Assembly (NCBI GenBank): GCA_965217775.1
Contig: CBDCJH010000002.1
Span: forward strand, 2,400,001 to 2,464,000
Direction: 5' to 3'
Length of the DNA: 64,000 bases
DNA from: Acidobacteriota bacterium
GTDB taxonomy: Bacteria > Acidobacteriota > UBA6911 > RPQK01 > JAJDTT01
In this document: positions 37,350 to 47,860 of the stretch, piece by piece
How the letters are laid out: each line of letters opens with the position of its first letter
Numbering within the stretch: the stretch's first letter is position 1
The notes under the pieces: model-generated
The model's input: only the letters and a program-made list of their open reading frames with translations
Database searches by the model: none
What the model was told of the DNA's origin: nothing
Program-made: the position numbers and the translations under genes

Positions 37350-38396
37350 ATGAAGACCATGTGGAAATACCATCGATTCCTTCCGGTTCGCGACACCCGG
37401 CACGTCCTCACACTGGGCGAGGGCGCCACGCCCCTGGTCCAACTGGACGACGGACCGTTCCTGAAAATGGAGCAGCTCAATCCCTCTGGCTCCTACAAGG
37501 ATCGATTCGCCAGTTGCGCCGTCTCCTGGATGCGGGAGCAAGGGCTCGGCTCTTGTCTGGCCACCTCCTCGGGCAATACCGGCTCGGCCCTGGCCGCCTA
37601 CTGCGCCCGAGCCGGCATCCCCTGCCACATCTTTCTGGTGGAGACCACACCGGCGGGGAAGGCGGTTCAGATGCTGGCCTACGGGGCGGTCCTGAAACGG
37701 GTCCGGGGATTCGGGCTGGACCCGGCGGCCAGCCGCGACGTGATGGAACGGCTGCAGCGGGAGGCGACGGCGAGAAGCGCCGCGCTCCAGATCTCCGCCT
37801 TCAGCTTCAGCCCCGAGGGGATGGACGGGGTCAAGAGCATCGCCTACGAGATCGCCGACGAGTTGGGCGACGCCGACGACGTCTTCGTTCCCATCGGGGG
37901 AGGGGGCCTGCTGACGGCCATCGCCCGAGGATTCTCCGACTACTTCCGGGAGGGAAGGATCTCCCGCCTGCCCCGAATTCACGCCGTGCAGCCCCGAGGC
38001 TGCGCCACCGTCACCGGCCCCCTGGACCGGGGGGAATTCCAAGCGGTGGAAGTGGAATGCACCTCGGTCATCTCCGGTCTTCAGGTCCCTAACGTCATCG
38101 ACGCCCAGTTGGCTCTGGACACCGTCCTGGAGACGGGCGGCAGTGGACAGTCGGTGAGCGACCAGGAGGTCTTCTCGGCTCAGGAAGTGCTGTTCAGCCG
38201 AGGCGTTTACTGCGAGCCCGCCGGAGCCACCGCCTACGCCGGCTACTTGAAAGCCCGATCGGCGGGTTTGGCGCCGTCCGCCAGCCGCGCCGTCTGCATC
38301 GTGACGGGTCACGGTTTCAAGGACCTGGGATCGGTGGAACGCGCAGTCAGCTCCCGGTCCATCCCCATGGTGGAGCTGGACCGACTCCTGGATTGA
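37350..38396 (+). CDS. PLP-dependent threonine synthase-like enzyme
   Basis: TLGEGATPL, NPSGSYKDR, SSGNTG, PIGGGGLL, EPAGA, VTGHGFKD. Confidence 0.9.
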   Translation: MKTMWKYHRFLPVRDTRHVLTLGEGATPLVQLDDGPFLKMEQLNPSGSYKDRFASCAVSWMREQGLGSCLATSSGNTGSALAAYCARAGIPCHIFLVETTPAGKAVQMLAYGAVLKRVRGFGLDPAASRDVMERLQREATARSAALQISAFSFSPEGMDGVKSIAYEIADELGDADDVFVPIGGGGLLTAIARGFSDYFREGRISRLPRIHAVQPRGCATVTGPLDRGEFQAVEVECTSVISGLQVPNVIDAQLALDTVLETGGSGQSVSDQEVFSAQEVLFSRGVYCEPAGATAYAGYLKARSAGLAPSASRAVCIVTGHGFKDLGSVERAVSSRSIPMVELDRLLD

Positions 38397-38403
38397 GGTC
38401 GCC

Positions 38404-40257
38404 ATGGCCCTGAGGATCGATCGCAACGTCATGGTCACGACGCGGGACGGAGTCCACCTGGGAACCGACGTCTACCGGCCTGCCGATGCCTCGGGGCCCT
38501 TGCCGGCCCTTCTGGAACGGACTCCCTACGGCAAGCAGGACCTGGAGCGGATGCTGCGGGCCGAGCGCTACGCCGAGCATGGCTATGCCGTGGTGGTCCA
38601 GGACTGCCGGGGCTGCCATTCCTCCGAGGGAGACCTGGTCTTCCTGGTCAACGAACCCTTCGACGGCTACGACGCCGTGGAGTGGACGGCCCGGCAGGAA
38701 TGGTGCGACGGGAAGGTGGGAACCTACGGGACCTCTTACGTGGCCTGGACCCAGAGCACGCTGGCCACGCAGAACCCCCCTCATCTAGCTTGCATGATCC
38801 CCACCATGGGCGGTTGGAACGCCTATACCAGCTCGGTTCGCCAGGGCGGGGCCTACGAGCTCCGCTTTCTGGCTTGGGCCTTCTGGCACTCCGTGAATCA
38901 CGGGAACACCGAAACCAGGGCTCTCCCCTGGTTGCAGGAGGGGCTGTCGTCGGGTCCCGATTTTCGACATTGGCTCCGGCGGCTGCCGCTGCGCCGGGGT
39001 CAGAGTCAGCTCTCGCTGCTACCGGGATACGAACGGTGGGCCCTGGAACTGGTCCGGCACGGGGATTACGACGAGTTCTGGAAACAACCCGGGTTCGCCA
39101 TCGAGGAGTTCCTGGAGCAGCACTCGGACGTCCCCATCCTCCTGATCGGAGGCTGGTACGACTCCTACACCCGCGCCACGCTGGAGGCCTTCCAGGCCCT
39201 GAGGCGGGCCAAGAAGGGACCGGTGAAGGTCGTCATGGGTCCCTGGGTGCACGGCACCTACACCACCGAGGAGCAGATCTCCGGTGACGTAGACTTGGGC
39301 CTTGAAGCGCCTCTGGAGAGTCTGGACCGCCTCCACCTGGACTGGTTCGATCAGTGGCTCAAAGGCCGGGAGACGGACGCGGCCCGCATGCCGGCCATCC
39401 GGTGGTTCCTCATGGGAGGCGGCAGCGGGCACAGGACCCGACTGGGCAATCTGGACCACGGCGGGTGCTGGCGCGAGGGAGACGGCTGGCCGTTGCCGCA
39501 GGCGGAACCCACGGCCTACTATCTCCAACCGGACCGGACCCTGTCGCCCCGCCCCTCGGACCGGAAGGAATCCTCCACCAGCTATCTCTACGATCCGCGA
39601 CGGCCGGTCCCCACCATCGGCGGGAATTTCTCCTCACTGAGCTATGTACATCCCTGGCCCGAGGGAGTCCGGCCGGAATCGGTCCCCACGCCCACCATGA
39701 TCGAGGCCGTGACTCCGGCCGGGGGGTTCGACCAGACCGAGGGCCCGGACTTCTTCGGGTGTACGCCACCCTATCTGCCGTTGGGCTCCCGTCCCGACGT
39801 CCTGGTGTTCGAGACGCCTCCGCTGGAGCAGGACCTGGAGATCGCGGGTCCCGTGGAGGTCAAGCTCTGGGTTTCCTCCTCCGCGCGGGATACCGACTTC
39901 ACCGCCAAGCTCATCGACGTCTATCCATCCAGCCCGGAGTACCCGTTGGGTTACGCGTTGAACCTGAGCGACAGCATTCTCAGGGTCCGCTACCGCGAAA
40001 GCCGCGGCAGGGCCCGGTTCCTGGAGCCGGACGAAGTGGCGTCCATCACCATCGTCCTCTACCCCACGGCCAACCGCTTCCGGAAAGGACACCGGATTCG
40101 CCTGGACGTCTCCTCCAGCAACTTCCCGCGATTCGACGTGAATCCCAACACGGGGGAGCCGCTGGGCCGGGAACGGAGCTGGGCCATCGCCCACAACACC
40201 GTGTTCCACGACCGGAGCCGGCCGTCACACGTCACGCTGCCCCTGGTCGCCCGGTGA
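38404..40257 (+). CDS. CocE/NonD family hydrolase
   Basis: RTPYGK, GTSY nucleophile, GGWYD, GPWVH, VSSSNFPRFD. Confidence 0.95.
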   Translation: MALRIDRNVMVTTRDGVHLGTDVYRPADASGPLPALLERTPYGKQDLERMLRAERYAEHGYAVVVQDCRGCHSSEGDLVFLVNEPFDGYDAVEWTARQEWCDGKVGTYGTSYVAWTQSTLATQNPPHLACMIPTMGGWNAYTSSVRQGGAYELRFLAWAFWHSVNHGNTETRALPWLQEGLSSGPDFRHWLRRLPLRRGQSQLSLLPGYERWALELVRHGDYDEFWKQPGFAIEEFLEQHSDVPILLIGGWYDSYTRATLEAFQALRRAKKGPVKVVMGPWVHGTYTTEEQISGDVDLGLEAPLESLDRLHLDWFDQWLKGRETDAARMPAIRWFLMGGGSGHRTRLGNLDHGGCWREGDGWPLPQAEPTAYYLQPDRTLSPRPSDRKESSTSYLYDPRRPVPTIGGNFSSLSYVHPWPEGVRPESVPTPTMIEAVTPAGGFDQTEGPDFFGCTPPYLPLGSRPDVLVFETPPLEQDLEIAGPVEVKLWVSSSARDTDFTAKLIDVYPSSPEYPLGYALNLSDSILRVRYRESRGRARFLEPDEVASITIVLYPTANRFRKGHRIRLDVSSSNFPRFDVNPNTGEPLGRERSWAIAHNTVFHDRSRPSHVTLPLVAR

Positions 40258-40282
40258 CGGCTTCCCGGCTACCGGCCTATAT

Positions 40283-40440
40283 CAGCCCGTGGCAAAAGTC
40301 GTCACGGCATTCGACCGTCCCTGCATCCCGGCGGACTGCGTTGCGATTCGGGCACATACTCCCGGTATGCACCCGAATCGCGCCTTGTCCGGCGGGCGCA
40401 GGAACGGTCTCGGTGCTCGCGCGACTTTCACCACGGACTG
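40283..40440. mobile_element. Intact 158-bp MITE-like element
   Basis: Imperfect terminal inverted repeats CAGCCCGTGGCAAAAGTCG / CGACTTTCACCACGGACTG; ATAT on both flanks (40279-40282, 40441-40444); internal hairpin 40343-40381. Confidence 0.9.
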
Positions 40441-40516
40441 ATATGAGTTTTGAAGACACCTCCCATTCCGTTGATAATGAGCGTCACGTAAACCATTTCG
40501 TCGCAGGAGGTCGGGT

Positions 40517-42745
40517 TTGAGAATTCTTGGAGTCGTTTCCCTGGCTTGGATCACCATACACCCGGCCTTGGCCGCGGACTGGCCTTACTGGCGCGGTCCG
40601 ATTCAGAACGGCGCCGCCCTGGAGGAAGCCGCCGTCACCTCCTGGGATCAGGGTGGAGAGGGTCTTCTCTGGAAGTTCGATGAGGGAGGGCGGACCACGC
40701 CCATCATCATGGGCGGCCGACTCTTCGCCATCCTGCCGGTGGGGGAAGGGCCTGAGCGGGGGGAGCGGATCGTGGCGCTCGACGCCCTCACCGGCCGCAA
40801 GCTGTGGGAGAAACGGTTCAACGTCTTCCATACCGACATCGTGGAGAACCGCGTGGGATGGACCGCCCTGGTTGGAGACCCCGAATCGGGCCGGATCTAT
40901 GCCCACGCCACCGGGGGAGAGTTCTTCTGCCTCAGCCGTGACGGCGACGAGGTCTGGAAGGTCTCCATGACCGAGGAGCTGGGCCGAATCAGCGGCTACG
41001 GAGGGCGTCTGCACACCCCGATTCTGGACGAAGACCGGGTCGTAGTGAGCTATCTCAATTCGAGTTGGGGGAATCTGGCTCGGCCTCTCCATCGATATGT
41101 GGCCTTCCACAAGGGCGGCGGAGCCATCCAGTGGTGGGCGGCGCCGGGAGGGCAACCCTTGGATACCACCTATTCCACCCCGGTAGCGGCAGTGATGGGC
41201 GGCCGGCGGATGCTGGTGGCCGCGACGGCCGACGGAAACGCTTATGGAATGCTGGCTCGCAACGGCGAAAAGAGATGGACGTTCCGCCTCAGCAAACGGG
41301 GGCTCAACGCTTCCGTCGTGGTGGACGGGGACCGGGCGTACCTGTCTCACAGCGAAGAGAACCTGCACACCTCCAGGATGGGAAGCATCGTCTGCATCGA
41401 CGGAACCCGGACGGGGGACATCACGGAGAGCGGTGTGGTCTGGCGCCATGACGGTTACACCTTCGGGTATGCCTCGCCCGCCATCGCCAACGGCCGGCTC
41501 TATGCCGTGGACAACAGCGCCAATCTCTACTGCATGGACGCCGCCAGCGGCGACATCCACTGGGAATACAACATGGGCCGAGTGGGCAAGGGATCGCCGG
41601 TGGTGACCAGCGACGGCGTGATCTACGTGGGCGAACAGAACGGCATCTTCCACATTCTCCGCGACGAGGGCGATCGTTGCGTGTCCCTGGACAAGGAGGT
41701 GTTCGAGCGTCCCGACGGCACCGTGGACGAGATTTTCGGCTCTCCGGCCGTCGTCAACGGACGCGTCTATTTCATGAGCCGCTACGGCATCTACTGCCTC
41801 GGAAAGGCCGACCAACAGGTCCAGGCGCAGGAGATGGCTCCGGCTCCAGCCGAGACGGCACGTCCCGAACCCGGGTCCAAAGGAAGCCTCCGGGTGGTTC
41901 CGGCGGAAGCGACGCTGAGACCCGGACAGCAGATCCAACTAAGGGCGCTTCGATTCGACTCGGTGGGATCGACTCCCTCCCCGGCCGGCGTCGAGTGGTC
42001 GGCAAGCGGCGTCTCGGGAACAATCGGCGCGGACGGGAATTTCAGCGCCGGCAAGGAGCAGGCCTTCTCGGCGGGTCTCGTGACCGCCAAGAGCTCCAGT
42101 GGTCTGAGCGCCGCTGCTCGGATTCGGATCGCTCCTGATCTTCCGATCCACGAGGATTTCGAGTCGCTGGCCGTCGGCTCCGTCCCGCCGGGCTGGGTGG
42201 GCGTGGCCTCCAAGACGCAAGTCGTCGAGGCGGAAGGCAAGGTGCTCAAGAAGCTGGCCTCCAAGACGCGTCCTTCCCCGCCCTTCATGAGGCTTCGGGC
42301 CTATGCCACTCCCCCCATCCCGGGAGGGTACACGGTGGAAGCGGACCTGATGGGAAAGCTGGCCCGCAAACGCTTCAAGCCGGACATGGGGCTGATCAAC
42401 AGCCGCTACCGATTCGTCATGATGGGGATGAGGAAGAGGCTGCGGATCGAGACCTGGTCGCCGCTGCCCCGCCTGCGGCACGACGTTTCCTTCCCCTGGG
42501 AACCGGACGTCTGGTATCGAGCCAAGTTCTCGGTGTTGCTGGAGGATGGACAGGCCCGGGTGCGAGCCAAGGTCTGGCCACGGGAAGAACCGGAGCCCGA
42601 GGTCTGGAACACAGAGGTGCTGGATCCACATCCGAACCGTGACGGCAGCGCCGGACTCTACGGCTACTCCATCGGAACCACGTCCAAGAGCGACGGTCCC
42701 GAGATACTCTTCGACAACTTCAAGGTGGTGAAGAATGATGACTAG
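40517..42745 (+). CDS. PQQ-like beta-propeller repeat protein
   Basis: Signal peptide, DWPYWRGP, repeated xDxxxG..W and SP blades; C-terminal lectin-like region. Confidence 0.85.
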   Translation: MRILGVVSLAWITIHPALAADWPYWRGPIQNGAALEEAAVTSWDQGGEGLLWKFDEGGRTTPIIMGGRLFAILPVGEGPERGERIVALDALTGRKLWEKRFNVFHTDIVENRVGWTALVGDPESGRIYAHATGGEFFCLSRDGDEVWKVSMTEELGRISGYGGRLHTPILDEDRVVVSYLNSSWGNLARPLHRYVAFHKGGGAIQWWAAPGGQPLDTTYSTPVAAVMGGRRMLVAATADGNAYGMLARNGEKRWTFRLSKRGLNASVVVDGDRAYLSHSEENLHTSRMGSIVCIDGTRTGDITESGVVWRHDGYTFGYASPAIANGRLYAVDNSANLYCMDAASGDIHWEYNMGRVGKGSPVVTSDGVIYVGEQNGIFHILRDEGDRCVSLDKEVFERPDGTVDEIFGSPAVVNGRVYFMSRYGIYCLGKADQQVQAQEMAPAPAETARPEPGSKGSLRVVPAEATLRPGQQIQLRALRFDSVGSTPSPAGVEWSASGVSGTIGADGNFSAGKEQAFSAGLVTAKSSSGLSAAARIRIAPDLPIHEDFESLAVGSVPPGWVGVASKTQVVEAEGKVLKKLASKTRPSPPFMRLRAYATPPIPGGYTVEADLMGKLARKRFKPDMGLINSRYRFVMMGMRKRLRIETWSPLPRLRHDVSFPWEPDVWYRAKFSVLLEDGQARVRAKVWPREEPEPEVWNTEVLDPHPNRDGSAGLYGYSIGTTSKSDGPEILFDNFKVVKNDD

Positions 42746-44201
42746 CAGTCCAGCCAGGATCGTCCGCGTTCTGTCCATCCTGCTGGCGGCGGCAATTCTT
42801 GCCGCGCCGGGTCAGCCTCAGGCCCACGCGGGAGACTGGAAGATGTGGGGCGGGACTCCGGACCGGAACATGGTTTCGGATGAGAAGGGGATGCCTCATC
42901 GATGGGATGTCTCCAGCGGCGAGAACATCCGTTGGAAGGCGCCGTTGGGGTCCCAGACCTATGGCAATCCCGTGATCTCCGACGGGAAAATTTTCATCGG
43001 CACCAACAACAACGCCCATCACCGGCCCGGAATCACGGGCGACAAGGGGGTGATCGTCTGCCTGGAGGAGACCACCGGAAAGGTGCTGTGGCAAGCCACC
43101 CACGACAAGCTCCCCACGGGGCGGGTCAACGACTGGCCGGAACAGGGGATCTGTTCCTCTCCCTTCGTGGACGGGGACCGGATCTACTACGTCAGCAACC
43201 GGGCCGAATTGGTCTGCGCCGACGTGGAGGGGTTTCTGGACGGGGAGAACGACGGTCCCTTCCAGGACGAGAAATACCGGGAGAAAGAGGACGCGGACAT
43301 CGTCTGGGTATACGACATGATCGAGGAGCTGGGCGTGTTCCCGCACAACCTGGCCACCTCCTCCCCGGTGGGAGCCGGCGACCTGATCTTCCTGCTTACC
43401 TCCAACGGCGTGGACGAGGGTCACCTGGATCTTCCCATGCCGGACGCGCCCGCGTTCATCGCCGTGGACAAGAATACGGGCGAGTTGGCATGGGAGCGGA
43501 GCGACCCGGGTGAGAACACCCTGCACGGACAATGGTCCTCACCCACCTACGGGCTGGTCAAGGGCCGGCCCCAAGTCATTTTTGCCGGGGGTGACGGTTG
43601 GGCTTACGCCTACGAGCCCCAGGGTGGAGAGTTGATCTGGAAGTTCGACCTCAATCCCAAGGTCTCCGAGTGGAAGCTGGGCGGACGCGGCACCCGCAAC
43701 AACATCATCTCCACGCCGGTTCTCTATGAGGACAAGGTGCTGCTCAGCGTGGGTCAGGACCCGGAACATGGCGAGGGTCCCGGTCACCTCTTTTCCATCG
43801 ACGCGACCCAGACCGGCGACATCACCGAGAAGGCGCGGATCTGGCACGTGGGCGGGGAGGACTTCCGCCGCAGCATGTCCACCGTCGCCATTCAGGACGG
43901 TTTACTCTACGCGGCGGATCTGACCGGGTTTCTCTACTGCCTGGATCTCGCCACCGGAAAACGGCACTGGAGATACGACATGCTGGCCGCGGTCTGGGGG
44001 TCTCCCTATCTGGTGGACGGCAAGGTCTACCTGGGAGACGAGGACGGCGACGTGGCGGTGCTGGAGCACGGCACCACGATGAAGGAGCTGGCCGTCAACG
44101 AGATGGGAGATTCCGTCTACACGACTGCCGTGGCGACCAACGGCGTGCTCTACATCACCAACCGCAATACCCTGTTCGCAGTTGCCGACACGGCGAAGTA
44201 G
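42735..44201 (+). CDS. PQQ-like beta-propeller repeat protein
   Basis: DWKMWGG..RNM, SQTYGNP, WGSP..VDGKVY. Confidence 0.85.
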   Translation: MMTSSPARIVRVLSILLAAAILAAPGQPQAHAGDWKMWGGTPDRNMVSDEKGMPHRWDVSSGENIRWKAPLGSQTYGNPVISDGKIFIGTNNNAHHRPGITGDKGVIVCLEETTGKVLWQATHDKLPTGRVNDWPEQGICSSPFVDGDRIYYVSNRAELVCADVEGFLDGENDGPFQDEKYREKEDADIVWVYDMIEELGVFPHNLATSSPVGAGDLIFLLTSNGVDEGHLDLPMPDAPAFIAVDKNTGELAWERSDPGENTLHGQWSSPTYGLVKGRPQVIFAGGDGWAYAYEPQGGELIWKFDLNPKVSEWKLGGRGTRNNIISTPVLYEDKVLLSVGQDPEHGEGPGHLFSIDATQTGDITEKARIWHVGGEDFRRSMSTVAIQDGLLYAADLTGFLYCLDLATGKRHWRYDMLAAVWGSPYLVDGKVYLGDEDGDVAVLEHGTTMKELAVNEMGDSVYTTAVATNGVLYITNRNTLFAVADTAK

Positions 44202-44205
44202 AGAA

Positions 44206-44311
44206 AGGAGCGGCGATTTCTAATCGCCAAGGAGCGGCGGTTTCCTAGCCGCCGAACAGGAGCGGCGGTTTCTAGCCGCCGAACAGGAGCGGCGGTTTCT
44301 AGCCGCCGAAC
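44206..44311. repeat. Four tandem REP-like palindromes (~27 bp)
   Basis: AGGAGCGGCGGTTTCTAGCCGCCGAAC-like units with no spacers. Confidence 0.85.
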
Positions 44312-44372
44312 TCCGGAGTGACAATTTAGTGCCCAAGAATGGGCGACTGGAAATCGCCCCTCCACCCCTACG

Positions 44373-44406
44373 AAAAAGGGCCGGCACTCAGTGCCGGCCC
44401 TTTTTT
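44373..44406. terminator. Bidirectional rho-independent terminator
   Basis: AAAAAGGGCCGGCAC-TCA-GTGCCGGCCCTTTTTT between convergent genes. Confidence 0.85.
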
Positions 44407-44428
44407 CATCCACCTTTGGTGACGTGAA

Positions 44429-47400
44429 TCAGAAGTGGATCGAGAGATGCAACTGGATGAACCGGGGACGTGACGTGGAGCCGAACCGGCCGAATCCCGC
44501 CGCGTTTCCGGTGTCGGTGTTCAGGCCGCCCCAGATGTGGCGGTTGAACACGTTGAACATATCGACTCCCAAACGAACGCTCACGTCCTCGTTGACCTGA
44601 GTGTCCTTCTGGAGCGTCGCGTTCTCGTTGAAATAGCTGCACTCGCGTTCCTTGGGCAAGGTTCTGACGTTCCCCAAAGTCCAGGGAGCGGCATTCATGA
44701 ACGCGTTGACGTTCAGGAATCGCCCGCCGGGACTGTATTCCCCGCAGATGGTGTTGGTCTTGATCTGCGAGTTCAGACGCAGGACCGGCCAGATGGCTCC
44801 GAAGCCTCCCGGATACCTGACCCGGCTGGTAACGCTGATCGGCTGTCCCGAGAAGTAGTTGTGCTGAAAGCCGAGCGTCCAACCGCTGAGAAAATACCTG
44901 GTGAAAAGATTCCCACCGTTGAAAAAACGTTTTCCCGGCCCGAACGGCAGTTCATACATCCAACTCAGAGAGAGGTTCTGGGGGCGATCTTCCTGGTAAA
45001 CAAATCGGACACCCCGCTGCGAGGTGTGCTGGGCCCTTGTGAACCCATGCCCCTGCTGGGAGAAGCCGACATCGCCGATGGCCTTGGAGATCGTATGGTT
45101 GAGCATGAAGCTCAAACCGTGTCCATACCGCTTTTGCAACGACAGGACCAAGGCATGGTAGGTCAGGTTGTTCACGGGCGCAGCCCGCTGCTGGATGTCC
45201 AGCATGTGCGGGAATGGTCTGAGCGCCTGGGCGACCGGTCCCGAGAATCCTGGATAAGGAGCAGTGATCCCGGCGGCCTCAGCCTGTGGTGAACCGATCT
45301 GGGCCTGCAGAAGGCTCCCCAAACTCAAGTTTCCGACACTGAGCTGGTTTATCCGCAACGCGTCGTTGCTGGGCAGATTGTGCGAGAACTTGCCGTGGTA
45401 GTTGGCCCGAATGGCCAGCCCACCGCCCAGGTCCCGCTCCAACCCGGCGTTGAGAGTCAAGGTGCGGCCCGCCTTGAAGTCGTCCCGGTTAAGATACTGT
45501 ACCGCCTGACCGTTGGCGAAGTCCGGCTCCAGAACGGGAAGATTCGGGATGGGGTCCGGCCACCCGTTGTCCCAGTTGAAAGCCGGTGTCAGACCGCCGT
45601 CCAAACTCCTGACGGAAGGATCCAGCGTCCATCCCAAGAAGGGCGTGTTGAAGCCGCTGGTCATGGCGCCGAAGAGCGGAAAGTACATGTAGGCGCCGCT
45701 GGCCCGGATGACCGTGTTGTCATCTGGTGAATACGCGAATCCCAAACGGGGGCCCCACTGGCTCCAGAGGGTGTCCGCGACCCGCTTGAATCCGTTTCTT
45801 CCCGGACCGTCGCCCCAGAACCAGAGCGCCCCCGGCAGTCCCCCCGCTCCGGGGTTGGGTATCGTGGGGTTGAAGGCTCCGATCCGGTCGTAGGTCTCGC
45901 CCAAAGGAACGAAAACATCGTTCCGGAGACCATAGTTGATGGTCAACTTTTGGGTGGCGCGCCACGAGTCCTGGAAGTAGATGCCCCAGGCCCCGCCGTT
46001 GTGACGAAAGTCGCGTTGACTCCAGACGAATCCCGAGTCTACCTCGCCCAGCAACTTGCTGGCGAAACCGAACCCGGTGTTCGCGTTACCCGGCAAACCG
46101 GTTTCCAGGGCCGAGAAACTGAACGATCCCTGATCGAAGAGGGCCAGGTTCTGCTTGGAGACAGAAAGCAGGTAGGCGGCGCCCACCTTGAAATTGTGCG
46201 AGCCCTTGACCCAGGTCACGTCCATGTTGGCCGGGATGGTCTGGCTGGGGTCGATGAGTTTTTGGAAGATGGGCCCGTAGGCGCTCTGGCCCTGGACGCC
46301 GACTTGGGGGGCGATGGGTCCCGGCACTCCCCTGATGCCGACTTCCGCACCCGTATTGTCGTTGGCCAGACCCTGGGTGCCGATGACCCGGGGCGTCCGC
46401 GTGACGCCGGTCCGAACGTTGAATAGGACGTTGGGCCGGATCGTGTAGTGGTAATTGAAGCGATAGCGGTACTGAACTTGGTCGTTCTTGTGAAGACTGG
46501 AGATGGACTCGTCAAAGACCGGGGCGTAGTTTGACCGGGATTCCTGCAACGACTGCTCCCATCCGACCGTGAGCCGGTGGTCGCCCGCCTCGTCGAGCTG
46601 ATGATCGACCTTCAGGTAGAAAGAGGACTTGTCGACCGGTGTGGAGGTCAGGCCCCCGACCCAGTTGTTGGTCACACCCGGCCGATTGGGCAGCCCGATC
46701 CGCGAAATCAGGTTCTTGGTGACGGTGCTGAATCGATCCGCAGGAATCATGTTGTTGGGGAACGGGTCCCGAATGAACCCGCCCTGCCCGTCCGAGCGAG
46801 TGGTCATGGGGTCGTAGATGGCGCCCTGGTGGATCGGCCGGCCCAGAGAGTCGGTCCCGATCTGGGGGCCCAGAATCTCGCTGAAGTCGCCGCTGCGCAT
46901 GGCCGCGGTGGGCACGGTCCGCACCGCGTCTCCCGGAGCGGTCCGCAGCTTGTAGCCGTCGAACCCGCCGAAGAAGAACGTTCGGTTCTTCCAGATCGGG
47001 CCTCCCAGCACGAATCCGTAGTCGTTCTGCCGGGTCACGCTCTTGCTCGGGGCCAGCCAGGGCCGGGCGTCGAGAATGTCGTTCCGGAAATACCAGAAGA
47101 CGTCGCCGTGCAAGTCGTTGGTGCCCGACTTGAAGATCAGGGTGATCGCCACGCCGCTGTCCCAACCATGCTCCGCATTCGTGTTGGTGTCGAGCCGGAA
47201 CTCCTGCACCAACTCGGGAATCGGCCCCGTGTCGTCCCGGGCATTCTGGTGGGTGGAGCTGCCCGCCCGGACACCATCGATGGTGTAGCTGGGGGAAGCA
47301 TTGGGCGTGCCATGAATGAAAGCCCTGCTCATGGCGCCGTTTTCGTTGGTGTTATTGGGGTTGTAGTTCACGCCCGGCATGGTGCGCAAAAACGAGAGCG

Positions 47401-47860
47401 CCTGGCGATTGCTGTTGGAGATGGCTATCGGAAGCCGCGCGATCTCCTCGTTGACCCGGGCATATCCGGCCTTGTTCGACTGCTTCTCGATGGTGGGAAG
47501 CGTCGCCATCACCTCCACGGTCTCGGCCACATCGCCAACCGACAACGTGACGTCGATGGTCACGACCTCGCCTGAAACCACGCGGACCCCGCGCTGCTCC
47601 AGGGTTCTGAAGCCGGGCATGGTGACCGTGAGCCGGTACTCTCCGATCGCCACCGAATTGAAGGCGTAAATCCCGGCATCGCTGGTGATGGTGTCGGTCA
47701 CGATGCCGGTGCCGACGTTGGTGATGGAGACTTCCGCTCCCGGAACCACGCCGCCACTCTCATCCCGGACCGACCCGGTCACGGTCCCCACGTTCTCCTG
47801 CGCCAGCAGGGGAAGGCAGGAGAGCGCCAGAATCAGGGTCAGACTCAATACTCTACTCAT
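44429..47860 (-). CDS. TonB-dependent receptor (Oar-like, carboxypeptidase-regulatory N-domain)
   Basis: GTVTGSVRDESG.VVPGA, KSGTNDLHG, YFQDSWR...NYGLR, C-terminal aromatic F. Confidence 0.9.
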   Translation of the reverse strand: MSRVLSLTLILALSCLPLLAQENVGTVTGSVRDESGGVVPGAEVSITNVGTGIVTDTITSDAGIYAFNSVAIGEYRLTVTMPGFRTLEQRGVRVVSGEVVTIDVTLSVGDVAETVEVMATLPTIEKQSNKAGYARVNEEIARLPIAISNSNRQALSFLRTMPGVNYNPNNTNENGAMSRAFIHGTPNASPSYTIDGVRAGSSTHQNARDDTGPIPELVQEFRLDTNTNAEHGWDSGVAITLIFKSGTNDLHGDVFWYFRNDILDARPWLAPSKSVTRQNDYGFVLGGPIWKNRTFFFGGFDGYKLRTAPGDAVRTVPTAAMRSGDFSEILGPQIGTDSLGRPIHQGAIYDPMTTRSDGQGGFIRDPFPNNMIPADRFSTVTKNLISRIGLPNRPGVTNNWVGGLTSTPVDKSSFYLKVDHQLDEAGDHRLTVGWEQSLQESRSNYAPVFDESISSLHKNDQVQYRYRFNYHYTIRPNVLFNVRTGVTRTPRVIGTQGLANDNTGAEVGIRGVPGPIAPQVGVQGQSAYGPIFQKLIDPSQTIPANMDVTWVKGSHNFKVGAAYLLSVSKQNLALFDQGSFSFSALETGLPGNANTGFGFASKLLGEVDSGFVWSQRDFRHNGGAWGIYFQDSWRATQKLTINYGLRNDVFVPLGETYDRIGAFNPTIPNPGAGGLPGALWFWGDGPGRNGFKRVADTLWSQWGPRLGFAYSPDDNTVIRASGAYMYFPLFGAMTSGFNTPFLGWTLDPSVRSLDGGLTPAFNWDNGWPDPIPNLPVLEPDFANGQAVQYLNRDDFKAGRTLTLNAGLERDLGGGLAIRANYHGKFSHNLPSNDALRINQLSVGNLSLGSLLQAQIGSPQAEAAGITAPYPGFSGPVAQALRPFPHMLDIQQRAAPVNNLTYHALVLSLQKRYGHGLSFMLNHTISKAIGDVGFSQQGHGFTRAQHTSQRGVRFVYQEDRPQNLSLSWMYELPFGPGKRFFNGGNLFTRYFLSGWTLGFQHNYFSGQPISVTSRVRYPGGFGAIWPVLRLNSQIKTNTICGEYSPGGRFLNVNAFMNAAPWTLGNVRTLPKERECSYFNENATLQKDTQVNEDVSVRLGVDMFNVFNRHIWGGLNTDTGNAAGFGRFGSTSRPRFIQLHLSIHF

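Noticed and set aside
44206-44311. Possible CRISPR array (also 34904-34985)
   Set aside because: Units are adjacent with no unique spacers and there are no cas genes; they are REP-like.
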